Below are positions 31,917 to 42,015 of a DNA stretch of 64,000 bases, one piece after another; position 1 is the first letter of the stretch; the number at the start of each line of letters is the position of its first letter. The notes below the pieces were generated by a model. The model was not told the origin of the DNA. It was given only the letters and a program-made list of their open reading frames with translations, and searched no databases. The DNA is from an uncultured bacterium. Lineage in GTDB: Bacteria; Actinomycetota; Geothermincolia; Geothermincolales; Geothermincolaceae. The stretch lies in the NCBI GenBank assembly GCA_963814495.1, contig CAWFDJ010000016.1, forward strand, positions 96,665 through 160,664, in the 5' to 3' direction. Both the position numbers and the translations under genes were made by a program.

Positions 31917-33280
31917 ATGCCGGCGAGGCGGGCGAAGAGGCGATCGAGGCCGACGACCCCCGCCACCAGGGCACCGCGCGCGGCCCGGTTCACGGGCGTG
32001 TCGTGCACCGGCCGGGTGAAGATGAGGCCCCGGTCACCCTTGCGGCGGAAGGGGTCCGGCCCCATGGCGTACTCCAATTCGTCGCGGGCCGCGTCCGCCC
32101 CCTCCATCTCCAGCAGGTCCCCCACCCACAGGGGGCGGTACTGCCCGCGGCAGGGGTAGCCGCGCCCGTACCAGATGGTGCAGCGGCGCGGCTCCATCAG
32201 GAACCTGTACAGCGTCATGGAGACCAGGCGCTCGGTGAAGGCCTCCTCCACCTCCCCCCGCTTGAGGTGAGTTCCAGAAGTTCCAGGGGTGGGCGCAGAT
32301 GGTGGAGTCGTCGACGCGCTCGCCGTGCCACGCCGGCTCCATCCCGAACTCGCGCAGGGTCTCGTAGTTGGCCCCGTGGTCCGAGGTGATGGTGCCGGCT
32401 ACGGCGGGGCTGATGCTTCCGTGATACAGGTCGAGCAGTTCCCACATGCGGGCCACCCGGGCGTAGGAGCCGGCGATCTCCGGCTGGACCGACGGGTCGG
32501 CGCAACCGCTCAAGCCCCGGTCGAGGAACTGGTGGTGGTTGGCGGAGGCCAGGACGCCGCGGTGGTCCGCGGCGCGCGTGACCTCCATGTGGTTATGGCT
32601 GTACTCCAGCAGCGCGGCCTCGCCGGACACGTCAGCCATCAACGTGTTCATGTTCAGCAGCATGGAGGACATGATGCCCGGCACTATCTGCCGCTGGTTC
32701 GAGCGCGCCGCGTCCAGCGCCTCCTCCAGGGTGGAGCAGGTCTCCATCATCAGGTTGTTCAGCTCGAAGGCCATCAGCCCCTCGCCCGCGTCGGTCATGC
32801 CCACCGCGTTGATGGCCGCGCAGAGGCCGTCCGAGTTCATCACCCCCATGCCGAAGAGCAGGGGCGAGCCCACGCACAGGTAGGGCTTACATCCCGCGAT
32901 GCGCCGCAGGTAGATGGGCATCTTCCCCATGACCCAGCGGAAGAACTCCGGCAGGTCCATGTTCCAGGAGACGTAGACCTGGTCCGCCCGGGTAGCCGGC
33001 GGGACCGCCGCGAAGTTGGTGCAGCCGGAGAGCCGGATGGGGTTGCCCGGCCCGGCGGACAGGAGCCGGTCGCGCTCCCGCTCCAGGCCGGCCGACCTCG
33101 CCAGGCCCTCCATGCGCTCCAGCGCCTGGGGGTAGCTTCCTCGAGGGCGGCGCGGCGGCGGCGCAGCGCGTCCGCCGGCAGGGGGCGGGTGTTGGATATG
33201 AGGCGGCGGTATACGGGACCGAAGCTCGCGCCCACCTGCCTTCCGTAGTCGTAATGGCTCGCGGCTTCGATCACCAACAT
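31913..33280 (-). CDS. C45-family (acyl-CoA:6-APA acyltransferase-like) Ntn hydrolase (2-3 frame changes)
   Basis: MLVIEAASHYDYGRQVG..., nucleophile context LSGCTNFAAVP, ...SANHHQF... The C-terminus is in ORF 31913..32251. Confidence 0.6.
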
Positions 33281-33459
33281 AAGGATGTCCTCCTTAAGGC
33301 TGTGGGCTTCCGGCCTTCTCAGGATTAGTGTAATTAAACCGTCCGGTAAAATAAAGCGCTTGATAATCAGCGTGTTATTGTGCATTCTAATTGCATAATT
33401 GCACGCTCTATCGACGGGGGGTCAGATGTTTTTCGACTGTTCGGAGGGAGGCTCATCGG

Positions 33460-35098
33460 ATGTCAGGTAGGAGCAAGTGGTCAGTAGTGATAATCGCCTG
33501 CATGGCCATCTTCATCATCGTCCTCGATTCCTCGGCCATGAACGTCGCCATCAGCGCCCTGGTGGAGGACCTGCACACCACCTTGAGCTTCATCCAGGCC
33601 ATCATCGCCATCTACGCATTGGTGATGGCCTCCTTCATGCTGCTCGGGAGCAAGCTCCAGGACATCCTCGGGCAGGAAACGGACCTTCATGATCGGCGTG
33701 CTCATCTACGGGTGCGGGACCATCACCGCCACCTTCAGCGTCAACGCCTGGATGCTGCTCATCGGCTGGGCGCTCCTGGAGGGCATCGGGGCCGCCTTGA
33801 TGATGCCCGCCACCACCACCCTGGTCAGCTCGGAATACAAGGGCAAGGACCGGATGGTGGCTTTCGGCATCTGGGGGGGCATAGCGGCCACGGGCGCCGC
33901 CGTCGGCCCCATCGTCGGCGGTTTTTTCACCACCTATCTCTCCTGGAGGCTGGTCTTCGGTTCCGAGGTGCTCCTGGTGATAGCCATCATCCTCCTCCGG
34001 AACCGCCTGAGCGAGTCCCAGCCCAAGCTGGGCTGGAAGGACCTGGACAAGCTGGGGGCGGTGCTCTCCGTCTCCTCGCTGTTCCTGTTCGTCTTCGGCG
34101 TCCTGGTGTTGAGGACGCCGGGAGATGTGGCCGCTGGTCCCGCTGCTGATCATACCGGGCATAGCCCTCTTCGTGCTCTTCCTGTACCTGCAGGGGAGGA
34201 GGGCGCGGGGGGGGGAAGGAGCCGCTGTTCGACACCACGCTGCTTAAGAGCAGGGCATTCAACGTCGGCTCCCTGACCAACGCGGTCCAGCAGCTGGCCC
34301 TGGCCGGGGTGCTGTTCGTCGTCCCCGTCTTCCTGCAGCAGGCCACCGACCAAGGCCAGTGCGATGAAGACCGGATTGGCCCTGCTCCCCCTGTCCTTCA
34401 GCATCCTCGTCTTCTCCCTGCTCGGCGGCAAGTTCCTTAAGGTCCTGCGCCAGTCGAAATACGTGGCGGTCCTGGGGTTCGCCGTATCCGCGGTGGGCTT
34501 CTTCCTGTTGAGTAACGACTTCTCGAGGAGCACGAAGATCACCGATCTCATCCCGGGGTTCATCGTGCTGGGCTTCGGGACCGGGCTGCTGCTCTCCCAG
34601 CTGACCAACGTCACCATGTCCGCCGCCTCGAGCGAGCAGGAAGCCGAGGCGTCGGGGTTCCTCAACACCTCCAAGAACCTCGGCTACTCGCTGGGCACCG
34701 CCCTGATCGGGGTCCTGCTGATCATGGGGGTGTTCCACGGCCTGACCACTTCGCTGAGCACCTCCAGCCTGGCCACTGACATGACGGAGGAGCAGGTGGA
34801 GACGGCCCTGGTGGATTACGTACAGAACATGCAGACCTCTCCGCCGGAGGGCATCCCGGAGGACCAGGTGCCCGAGGCGACGGCGCTGGTGGACGACGCC
34901 CTGTCCACCGGGATGGAGATATCCTTCATGGTGCTGGCCGTCCTGATGCTGCTGGGCATGGCCGTCAGTTTCTTCATGCCGAAAGTTAAGACCGAAAGGG
35001 CCGCCGCCGAAGCCGGGCCTGAGGCCGAACTCGAGCCCGGGCTTGAGGCCGGGTCCGGAACGAAGCCGGCCTCAGGAACGGAACCGGAGACCGGCTGA
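33460..35098 (+). CDS. MFS transporter, DHA2 (14-TMS) type (several frame changes)
   Basis: RBS GGAGGGAGG. VLDSSAMNVAISAL, LLEGIGAALMMPAT and WRLVFG. Fragments are ORFs 33391.., 33689.. and 34364..35098. Confidence 0.75.
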
Positions 35099-35465
35099 CG
35101 CTTCGGACCGTTCCTCCCGATTAGCCGAGCCGCCGCGTGGACGCCTGCAGCGCGGACGGCTTGGGGAGTTCGCCGTGGTAACCTTCTGCCACTTCTCCTC
35201 GACCAGTTCTTTCGCCGCCTGCTCATGGATGGGGGGGAACAGGCCGCCGAAGCGGATGAGGTTGTCCAGGTTATGGATGTAGTGTGGGTACCAGTCGTTC
35301 TCGCGGACGGAGCGGAAGAACACCGACCTTATCTTCTTGAACTCCTCCCTGGTCCAGCCCAGCTCCTGGTCGACGTTGCTGGCTGAAACGAGGGGGGCAA
35401 TTGGTGTAATACACCTCTTTCCAGTCCAACTTTACCGTGCCCGACTTCCTTACTTTCGCAGCCAT
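35072..35465 (-). pseudogene. N-terminal fragment of a DszB/NMT1-like substrate-binding-fold protein
   Basis: LDWKEVYYTNCPLVSASNVDQELGW...IRFGGLFPPIH matches my recollection of desulfinase/SsuA-like N-termini. The frame runs into the antisense of the MFS gene after about 105 codons. Confidence 0.3.
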
Positions 35466-35468
35466 AAC

Positions 35469-36043
35469 CTACCCCTTTCCTGAATGATCGTCGACGAGCC
35501 ACAGGAGCGCTCGGATCGCATTCATAGGTCCACGGCGCCCCCGAGTTCTTCCAACCGTTCTTCTTCCGTTTGCCGAGGTAGACGCTCCCGGGCTCCTTGA
35601 CCTCATCTCCCTCCATCCCATCGATGATGTTGTAGACATTGACGAAACCGGCCTGGGCGAGCGCATTGACCGCAAGGGCACTGCGCCCCCCGGACCGGCA
35701 CATGACCAGAAGCTTGCCGGTTGCCGCGAACAGCTCCCTGGCCCGCGAGACGAAGTCAGGGTTGGGCCTTACTACGGGCTCGTCCTTGCCGGCGTCCCAC
35801 TGGTAGCAGATGAAGAGGAGCGGGATATTCCTCGCCATCGCCGCATGGCCGACGAATATGTACTCCTCCGGGGTGCGGACGTCGAGGACGTTGACGCGCT
35901 CCGGCTCCGCGGCCCACATGGCGTACGCCCCCTGCGCCGTCACGTAGAGCCCCAGGCTTGTCCGCTTCTTCTCCGGTACCTCATGCTCGCTTCACGGACG
36001 GGTCTCCCTCCTCACCGGTCTTCTGGACTTCACTCACGGGCAT
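35469..36043 (-). CDS. Rhodanese-domain sulfurtransferase (frameshifted)
   Basis: VLDVRTPEEYIFVGH and active-site loop CRSGGRS. The N-terminal extension is in another frame (MPVSEVQKTGEE...). Confidence 0.7.
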
Positions 36044-36077
36044 ACTCCTCTCATCACTGTTGATACCTCCCGCCGCT

Positions 36078-36492
36078 TCAGTCCCCAAGAAGTACCGAGC
36101 GTGACAGCATGCTTCCGGACATGTTCCGCGCCTTGAAGCCGTTCTGCAAAAGGATGCGCGTCACGTAATACGAGCGCTGACCGGAGCGGCAGAAGACGTG
36201 GATCTCGCGGTCGCGGGGCAGCTCGCCGAAGGTGTGCGCGGATCTCTTCCCACGGGATGTTGACCGCGCCCGGCATCGGGTCCTTGGCCAGCTCGTCCGG
36301 ACGGCGCACGTCGAGGAGGAACGCGGAATCGTCGGGGCTCCAGTGGCTTAGGGGCATGTCACCACGGAGGACGTCGGCCGCGACCATTCCCGCGAAGTTG
36401 ACTGGAGACTTGGCGCTGCCGAACTGGGGAGCGTAACAGATGTTCTCGGCTTCCTCGAGGTCGTAGACCGTCCCACCCATCTGGATGGCCAC
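36078..36492 (-). pseudogene. C-terminal remnant of a CoA-disulfide-reductase-type flavoprotein fused to rhodanese
   Basis: AIAVAIQMGGTVYDLEEAENICYAPQFGSAKSPVNFAGMVA, then LLDVRRPDE...HVFCRSGQRS (second frame). The FAD/NAD-binding N-terminal ~400 aa are absent. Confidence 0.55.
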
Positions 36493-36500
36493 GGCGATGG

Positions 36501-36839
36501 CTAGACGACCAGCATGTCGAGGAGGTGATCGCCAGCGCCGAGAACGGGTAGGCCCAGATAACCATGAATACGATGATCATGTTCACACTGGCCCAGGCAA
36601 CCCCGAACCAGCGGGCCCACTGCTGCTTAGCGAGGATGGCGATACCCGCAAATGTCCCGATCGCGCCCAGGATGAGGTAGAACCATCCCCAGAAAGTCAG
36701 GTTGGTGACGAGGATCTGATCGACGTTGTAATTCGCGTCTCTTACCGCCAGGTCATCCCCCAGATGAAGTCATAATACCCGTTATGATCATTATGATGGA
36801 AGCGAAAATCAACCAACCGTAGCCCTTATCTTCACCCAT
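36501..36839 (-). CDS. Small HdeD/DUF308-like membrane protein (frameshifted)
   Basis: RBS GGAGGAAG. MGEDKGYGWLIFASIIMIITGI and FWGWFYLILGAIGTFAGIAILAKQQWARWFG. Confidence 0.5.
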
Positions 36840-36907
36840 TTCTTCCTCCTTTTAATCGACGACCCACAATTCCCTGCTGAAGAGCCCTTTCACCTCCCCC
36901 CTGTATA

Positions 36908-37867
36908 TCACTCCATCGGAGCCTTGACGGGCATCAGCCCGTTCTTGTCGAGCAGTTCGCGGATGAAGGCGTATCTATCCTCGCGATCTCATCCCACTTG
37001 AAGACGGACGTGCCCGCCCCCGGGGATGGTCAACAACCCGTTCCTGACGCCTGCCTGGTCCAGGGCATCGTGTAGCCGCACCGCGTGGCTATGGGAACGG
37101 GGTAGGTAGGCGTCGCCGTGGATGGTCAGGATCGGCGGCAGCCCGGCGGGAGGCGTGGGTGAGGGGCGAACCTGCCCTCGGCAAGCTCCTTGAAGTGGGG
37201 CACGGTCCCCGGCCAGGCCAAAGCGTAGCCCTTCCGGTTCGGGCCGTACAGGAGGTCGCTCGCATCCGTGACGCCCGACCACTCGATGACCGCCACCGCT
37301 TCAGAGCTCCTCGTTCCCCCGCTTCCCCTGCGCGCGTAATAGTGCCAGATCATCTCCTGGCGCTCCTCGTCGTTGCTGCCCGGCACCTCCCAATCGAAGC
37401 CCGCCGAGGCAGGCAGCATACCGGTGAGCAACGCCAGGTGCCCCCCCGCGGAGTGCCCGAACACCACTATCCTCTCCGCGTCGAACCCGTACTTGTCGGC
37501 GTTGCATATCACCCACCTCAGGGCGGCGCGGCAATCCTGCACGGCCGAGGGGGCGTTGGAGACGTGGGCCATGCGGTACTGGACGTTGGCGACGGCGAAC
37601 CCCATCTCTATGAAGGGCAGGAAGAGCGGTGGCGAACTGCTCCCGCTCGCCGCTGATCCCGACCTCCACCGTGCAGATAGATGAGGGTCGGGACCGGTTC
37701 CCCGGGCCATTCCGGCAGCCACAGGTCGAGCTTGCGCACTGGTAGTTGTTGGCGACGGCGTAGGGACGATCGGGAATCATCCTGTAGCGGATGAGTATCC
37801 TGGTCAGGAGGTCGTCAACGGGAATGGCCTCGATTCCGGTAAGATCCCTGGTATTGAACTCTTCCAC
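36908..37867 (-). CDS. Alpha/beta-hydrolase esterase (many frame changes)
   Basis: GxSxG in VVFGHSAGGHLALLTG. Other pieces are FIEMGFAVANVQYR and PPILTIHGD. Fragments span ORFs 37301.., 37126.. and 36989... Confidence 0.6.
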
Positions 37868-37877
37868 GGGCGGTTGC

Positions 37878-38159
37878 CTACCCCAGTATGGCCGCTTTCT
37901 GCGCGGCGAACTCCTCCTCCGAGAGGATCCCCTGCGCCTTCAGCTGCCCCAGGCGCTCGAGCTGGGCCAGCTTGTCGTCCATGTTGTCGGCGGGCGGGGG
38001 CGGGGGCGGGGGAGCCTGCTGCGCGTAGACCTGCTGTTCGGCCTGCGCGACGGCCTGCGCGTTCTTGCCCGCCTGCCGGCGGTCCACCGCGTTGCGGGTC
38101 GCCGTAGCGGTGCCGACCACCGCCGCCGTCCTGGCCATTCCTCTCATAAGTCCTGGCAT
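37878..38159 (-). CDS. SHOCT-domain protein, copy 1
   Basis: C-terminal LERLGQLKAQGILSEEEFAAQKAAILG and a poly-Pro tract. Confidence 0.75.
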   Translation of the reverse strand: MPGLMRGMARTAAVVGTATATRNAVDRRQAGKNAQAVAQAEQQVYAQQAPPPPPPPADNMDDKLAQLERLGQLKAQGILSEEEFAAQKAAILG

Positions 38160-38177
38160 CTTGTCTGTTCCTCCTTT

Positions 38178-38601
38178 CTATACGCCCAGCCCGGCGAGGG
38201 CGTCGTCGATGATGGGACCCGGTATGCGGAAGTCCAGGGCGACCCCCGCGCCGACTCCCTCCAGCGCCTTGCGCAGGCCGACGGCCCAGGCGTGCTCGAT
38301 GGCCAGCGCCACCACGGCGGAGCCGGGCACCATGCCTTCGATGAGTATGTCGGAGTCCTCGGAGTCGAAGAGCCCCGCGTCCCCGTCTCGATGAAGCCGA
38401 GGGATTTCTTGACGTCCTGGTCGAGGTCCTCGATGTCCAGGCCCGAGACCGTGCCGTCCATTTCCTTCATGACCACCATGGCGTCGAGGACGCGGAGGTC
38501 CCCTCGCTTGCCAGCCGCTGCAGCTCGCTCAATACGCTGCCGTCGATCTTCGGGTCACCGAAGGCGACGACCAACGACACTTCCACTGGTCCATGTTCCA
38601 T
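38178..38601 (-). CDS. Small conserved protein (DUF1269/DUF6325-like, from memory), copy 1 (frameshifted)
   Basis: MEHGPVEV..VVAFGDPKIDGSVLSELQRL...RVLDAMVVMKEMDGTVSGLDIEDL...AVVALAIEHAWA. Confidence 0.5.
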
Positions 38602-38638
38602 GCCATGCTCCTTTCTTGTTCCAGCTCATTATACGCAT

Positions 38639-38660
38639 TATAATGACTTAAGTCATTATA
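38639..38660. promoter_or_regulatory. Perfect palindrome TATAATGACTTAAGTCATTATA; operator/promoter of the copy-1 operon
   Basis: The minus strand reads TATAATGACTTAAGTCATTATAATGCGTATAATGAG, then GAAAGGAG and ATG. It is homologous to the TetR upstream region. Confidence 0.65.
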
Positions 38661-38839
38661 CCCAGTCAAGTAGTAAGGCAAACCAGCTGAATCCAGCCGT
38701 TGAGGTGCTGTTCCAAGCCCCAGGACAGCACTGAGCCAGGCAGCGGCTCAAGGCACGAGGATTCTACCGGGGCAGGTTTTCCTTCTTTCTCATGCCCTCG
38801 ACTGTGATCGTGGTGAAATCCCTGCATGCCGCGACGAGG

Positions 38840-39390
38840 TCAGAACCTGCCATTCTCGACGCACCACTCATACATGACTCCCCGATAAAAGCGGATCCAG
38901 AGAGCAGCCATCGTTTCCACGCTCATATCGCTCCGCAGTTCGCCCTGTTCCTGCCCTTCCCTCACCAGTTTCTCTATCATTTGATATAAAGGACGCTTGG
39001 GAGAAGCCATCCCCGGTTTCTTCCTGGCGGGATCGATCTCACTGCTGTAGATGACCTTCAAGGTCTTTGCCCCTACATCGTTTACATATTCAAAGCCCGA
39101 CGCGATCATCTCCGTCAAGATCCTGGTGGGGCTCTTGTGCCTCTTCGTGAGCTCCTTCACGGTATCCACGAGGAATTGGTCGATCTTCAGAACTCCTCCA
39201 GGAGCACCTGGTCCTTGGTCTTGAATTCGTCGTCGAAAGTACCTTTGGACACGCCGACCTGCTCCCAGATGTCGTCCACGCTTACCTTCGTGAACCCCTT
39301 TCTGGTGAAGAGATCGATCGCTGTATCATGCAATCTCTGCCGCGTCTCCATCCTCTGAAGTTCCCGCTTGGTCATCTGGGTCCCGGCCAT
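38840..39390 (-). CDS. TetR/AcrR family transcriptional regulator (frameshift near 39180)
   Basis: HTH region TRQRLHDTAIDLFTRKGFTKVSVDDIWEQVGVSKGTF. The C-terminal ligand domain is in ORF 38840..39169. Confidence 0.8.
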
Positions 39391-39464
39391 CTATCCCTCA
39401 CCTTTCCCGGTCACCGCCCGGCGGCTGAGGGCTCTTCTTAATGTGCTCTTCTCATTATACTCAT

Positions 39465-39486
39465 TATAATGACTTGAGTCATTATA
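39465..39486. promoter_or_regulatory. Near-palindrome TATAATGACTTGAGTCATTATA; autoregulatory operator of the TetR gene
   Basis: The minus strand reads TTATAATGACTCAAGTCATTATAATGAGTATAATGAG, about 60 nt upstream of the TetR ATG. Confidence 0.6.
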
Positions 39487-39684
39487 AGCATTCAAGTAAC
39501 GGCGATGGGGCGTGGAGCGCGGGCCGGGCGCTATGGAAGATGGAGGGACTAGCGATCGCTGGACGGTAAGACTGGGTGACAGCCCCAGGGGGGCCGGAAG
39601 GAGCCGTAGCCCCGCCATGCATCCGGGGCCTCGCGAATCAACAGGCCTTCAAGCCGCGCTGTCACGGATCGGCGATAATGCCCC

Positions 39685-39975
39685 TCAATCCCAACCAGGC
39701 TTGCCGGTCAGCTCAGGCGACGCGGCGGCCTTCTCGCGCTGCTGCGTAAGTTTGCTGGCCGCCTCAACATCGAGGGCCGACTTGGTGGGGGTGAAAATCC
39801 AGTAGAGTATCACGCCCAGTATGGGCAGGAAGACGATGGCCGCGAGCCAAAGCCCAACTTTCCACCCACTGGTTGCGCGATGGAAGAGGTCATAGAGGGT
39901 GTAGATGTCCAGCGAAATGGTGGGATGCGGGATCGACAGCGGGCTCGAAGCCGAGCGCCAGAAGTGGAGGATCAC
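39685..39975 (-). CDS. Small PLDc_N-domain membrane protein
   Basis: IYTLYDLFHR...WKVGLWLAAIVFLPILGVILYWIF. Confidence 0.6.
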   Translation of the reverse strand: MILHFWRSASSPLSIPHPTISLDIYTLYDLFHRATSGWKVGLWLAAIVFLPILGVILYWIFTPTKSALDVEAASKLTQQREKAAASPELTGKPGWD

Positions 39976-40067
39976 AAGCCGTCGAACCTCCTTTATCCGG
40001 TCCGGCCGGCTACTTGCCTACCGGAGGCGGAGCCCCGGAAGGAGCCCCGCCTGATATCAGGTGAAAG

Positions 40068-40340
40068 CTACCCCAGGATGGCCGCCTTCTGCGCGGCGAA
40101 CTCCTCCTCCGAGAGGATCCCCTGCGCCTTCAGCTGCCCCAGGCGCTCATAGAGCTGGGCCAGCTTGTCGTCCATGTTGTCGGCGGGCGGGGGCGGGGGC
40201 GGGGGAGCCTGCTGCGCGTAGACCTGCTGTTCGGCCTGCGCGACGGCCTCGCGTTCTTTCCCGCCTGCCGGCGGTCCCACCGCGTTGCGGGTCGCCGTAG
40301 CGGTGCCGACCACCGCCGCCGTCCTGGCCATTCCTCTCAT
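40068..40340 (-). CDS. SHOCT-domain protein, copy 2
   Basis: Near-identical to 37878-38159, with a 3-nt insertion (LYERLGQL) and small indels. Confidence 0.75.
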   Translation of the reverse strand: MRGMARTAAVVGTATATRNAVGPPAGGKEREAVAQAEQQVYAQQAPPPPPPPADNMDDKLAQLYERLGQLKAQGILSEEEFAAQKAAILG

Positions 40341-40368
40341 AGTCCTGGCATCTTGTCTTTCTCCTTTT

Positions 40369-40792
40369 CTATACGCCCAGCTCGGCGAGGGCGTCGTCGA
40401 TGATGGGGCGGTATCCGGAAGTACAGGGCGACTCCCACGCCGACTCCCTCCAGCGCCTGCGCAGGCCGGACGGCCCAGGCGTGCTCGATGGCCAGCGCCA
40501 CCACGGCGGAGCCGGGCACCATGCCTTCGATGAGTATGTCGGAGTCCTCGGAGTCGAAGAGCCCCCGCGTCCCCCGTCTCGATGAAGCCGAGGGAGTTCC
40601 TTCACGTCCTGGTCGAGGTCCTCGATGTCCAGGCCCGAGACCGTACCGTCCATTTCCTTCATGACCACCATGGCGTCGAGGACACGGATGGTCCCCCTCG
40701 CTTGCCAGCCGCTGCAGCTCACTCAATACGCTGCCGTCGATCTTCGGGTCGCCGAAGGCGACGACCAACACCTCCACTGGTCCATGTTCCAT
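40369..40792 (-). CDS. DUF1269/DUF6325-like protein, copy 2 (frameshifted)
   Basis: MEHGPVEVLVVAFGDPKIDGSVLSELQRL... Duplicate of 38178-38601, but it lacks the upstream palindrome. Confidence 0.5.
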
Positions 40793-40883
40793 GCCGCGCT
40801 CCCTCTTCAGTCCCGTTGTTCTTCTCCGGCCAATAAACCTAGTAGGACAGTCTTGCCCCGCTGCGTCGATCGTCAACAAAAAA

Positions 40884-41000
40884 GCAGGCCAGCCGTGAAC
40901 CGGCCTGGCCTGCTGCTTCTTGTGGCACCACACCGTGGACGACGTAGAACCAGACTGATGAATGCGGAACAGGATATCCGCATCTCTCTGTGGTACGCTA
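40884..41000. repeat. Cassette-boundary element, copy A
   Basis: GC-rich hairpin GCAGGCCAGCCG-TGAA-CGGCCTGGCCTGC, then TGGCACCACACCGTGGACGACGTAGAACCAGACTGATGAATGCGGA...TCCGCATC...TGTGGTACGC. Confidence 0.8.
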
Positions 41001-41022
41001 TACCTGTAAGAAAGGAGTCGTG

Positions 41023-41266
41023 ATGGAAGTCGATTGGAGAAAGACCATTACCTCTGATCCCGAGGTATTAATGGGCAAGCCCGTGGTCAAGGGTACCCGG
41101 CTCTCAGTGAGTTCATCCTGGGCCTGTTGCCGAGGGCTGGACGGAAGGCAGGGTGCTTGAGGAATCCTCGAATCTTACTGCCGAGAGCATCCGGGCGGCA
41201 TTCGCCTTCGCGACCGAATGCATGCGTGAGGAATCCCTTTATCCTCTGGACTCCAAAGCCGTGTGA
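41023..41266 (+). CDS. DUF433 antitoxin-like protein (frameshifted)
   Basis: RBS AAGGAG. MEVDWRKTITSDPEVLMGKPVVKGTRLSVEFILGLL...YPNLTAESIRAAFAFA. TGA overlaps the next ATG. Confidence 0.7.
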
Positions 41267-41633
41267 TGGACTTCCTTGCCAACGAGAACATTCCCCGGTC
41301 AGTACCAGGCTGCTCGAGGAGAGTGGTCATGACATCCTTCGTATCGCTGACGAAATGCCCGGCGCGACCGACCGGCAAGTACTCGAGCGGGCAATCGAAG
41401 AGAACCGCATCATCCTGACTTTTGACCGCGATTATGGAGAACTGATATTCCGGCACAAGGCGCGTAATGTCAACGGCATCGTCTACTTTCGCTTCGCTCC
41501 GACTTCACCGGATGAGGCCGGGGTGATCCTGTCAGGCATACTTCAAGAGCAAGGCATAACCTTGGCAGGGATGTTCACGGTGATAGAGCGAGATAGGATA
41601 CGCCAGCGGGCGCTAGACGCAATAAATGATTGA
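41266..41633 (+). CDS. DUF5615 (PIN/Mut7-C-like) toxin-like protein (frameshifted)
   Basis: MDFLANENIPRSV...LLEESGHDILRIADEMPGATDRQVLERAIEENRIILTFDRDYGELIF. Confidence 0.7.
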
Positions 41634-41702
41634 GGCTCGCCTTGCGCATGGCCACGTAGCATTTATATCGCACGGTAATCGAAAGTGCACCAGGCACACT
41701 AA

Positions 41703-41825
41703 GAGCAGGCCAGAACGCATATCCTCTGACCTGCTCATCTTAGTGGCACCCCACAGTGGACGACGTTAGAACCAGAATCATGAATGCGGAACATGATTTT
41801 TACATCCCCCTACTGAGCCTTTCCT
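41703..41825. repeat. Cassette-boundary element, copy B
   Basis: Hairpin GAGCAGGCCAG...CTGACCTGCTC, then TGGCACCCCACAGTGGACGACGTTAGAACCAGAATCATGAATGCGGAACATGATT...ACATCCCCCTACTGAG. Confidence 0.8.
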
Positions 41826-42015
41826 GTTAACTGCGAAGGTTACGAGGGTGAATTGGTTAGACGGCGGAGCCGACCCTTATTCCTATTACCTATTCGAGGA
41901 AACCAACCGACATCGAGCATGCGTCTAAGGGACTATAATGGGGCTGGACCGGTGAAGAGCCGGAAGGAACACCATGATGCTGTTGGGCAAAGAATAAGAA
42001 GAAGGGGATCCTGCC

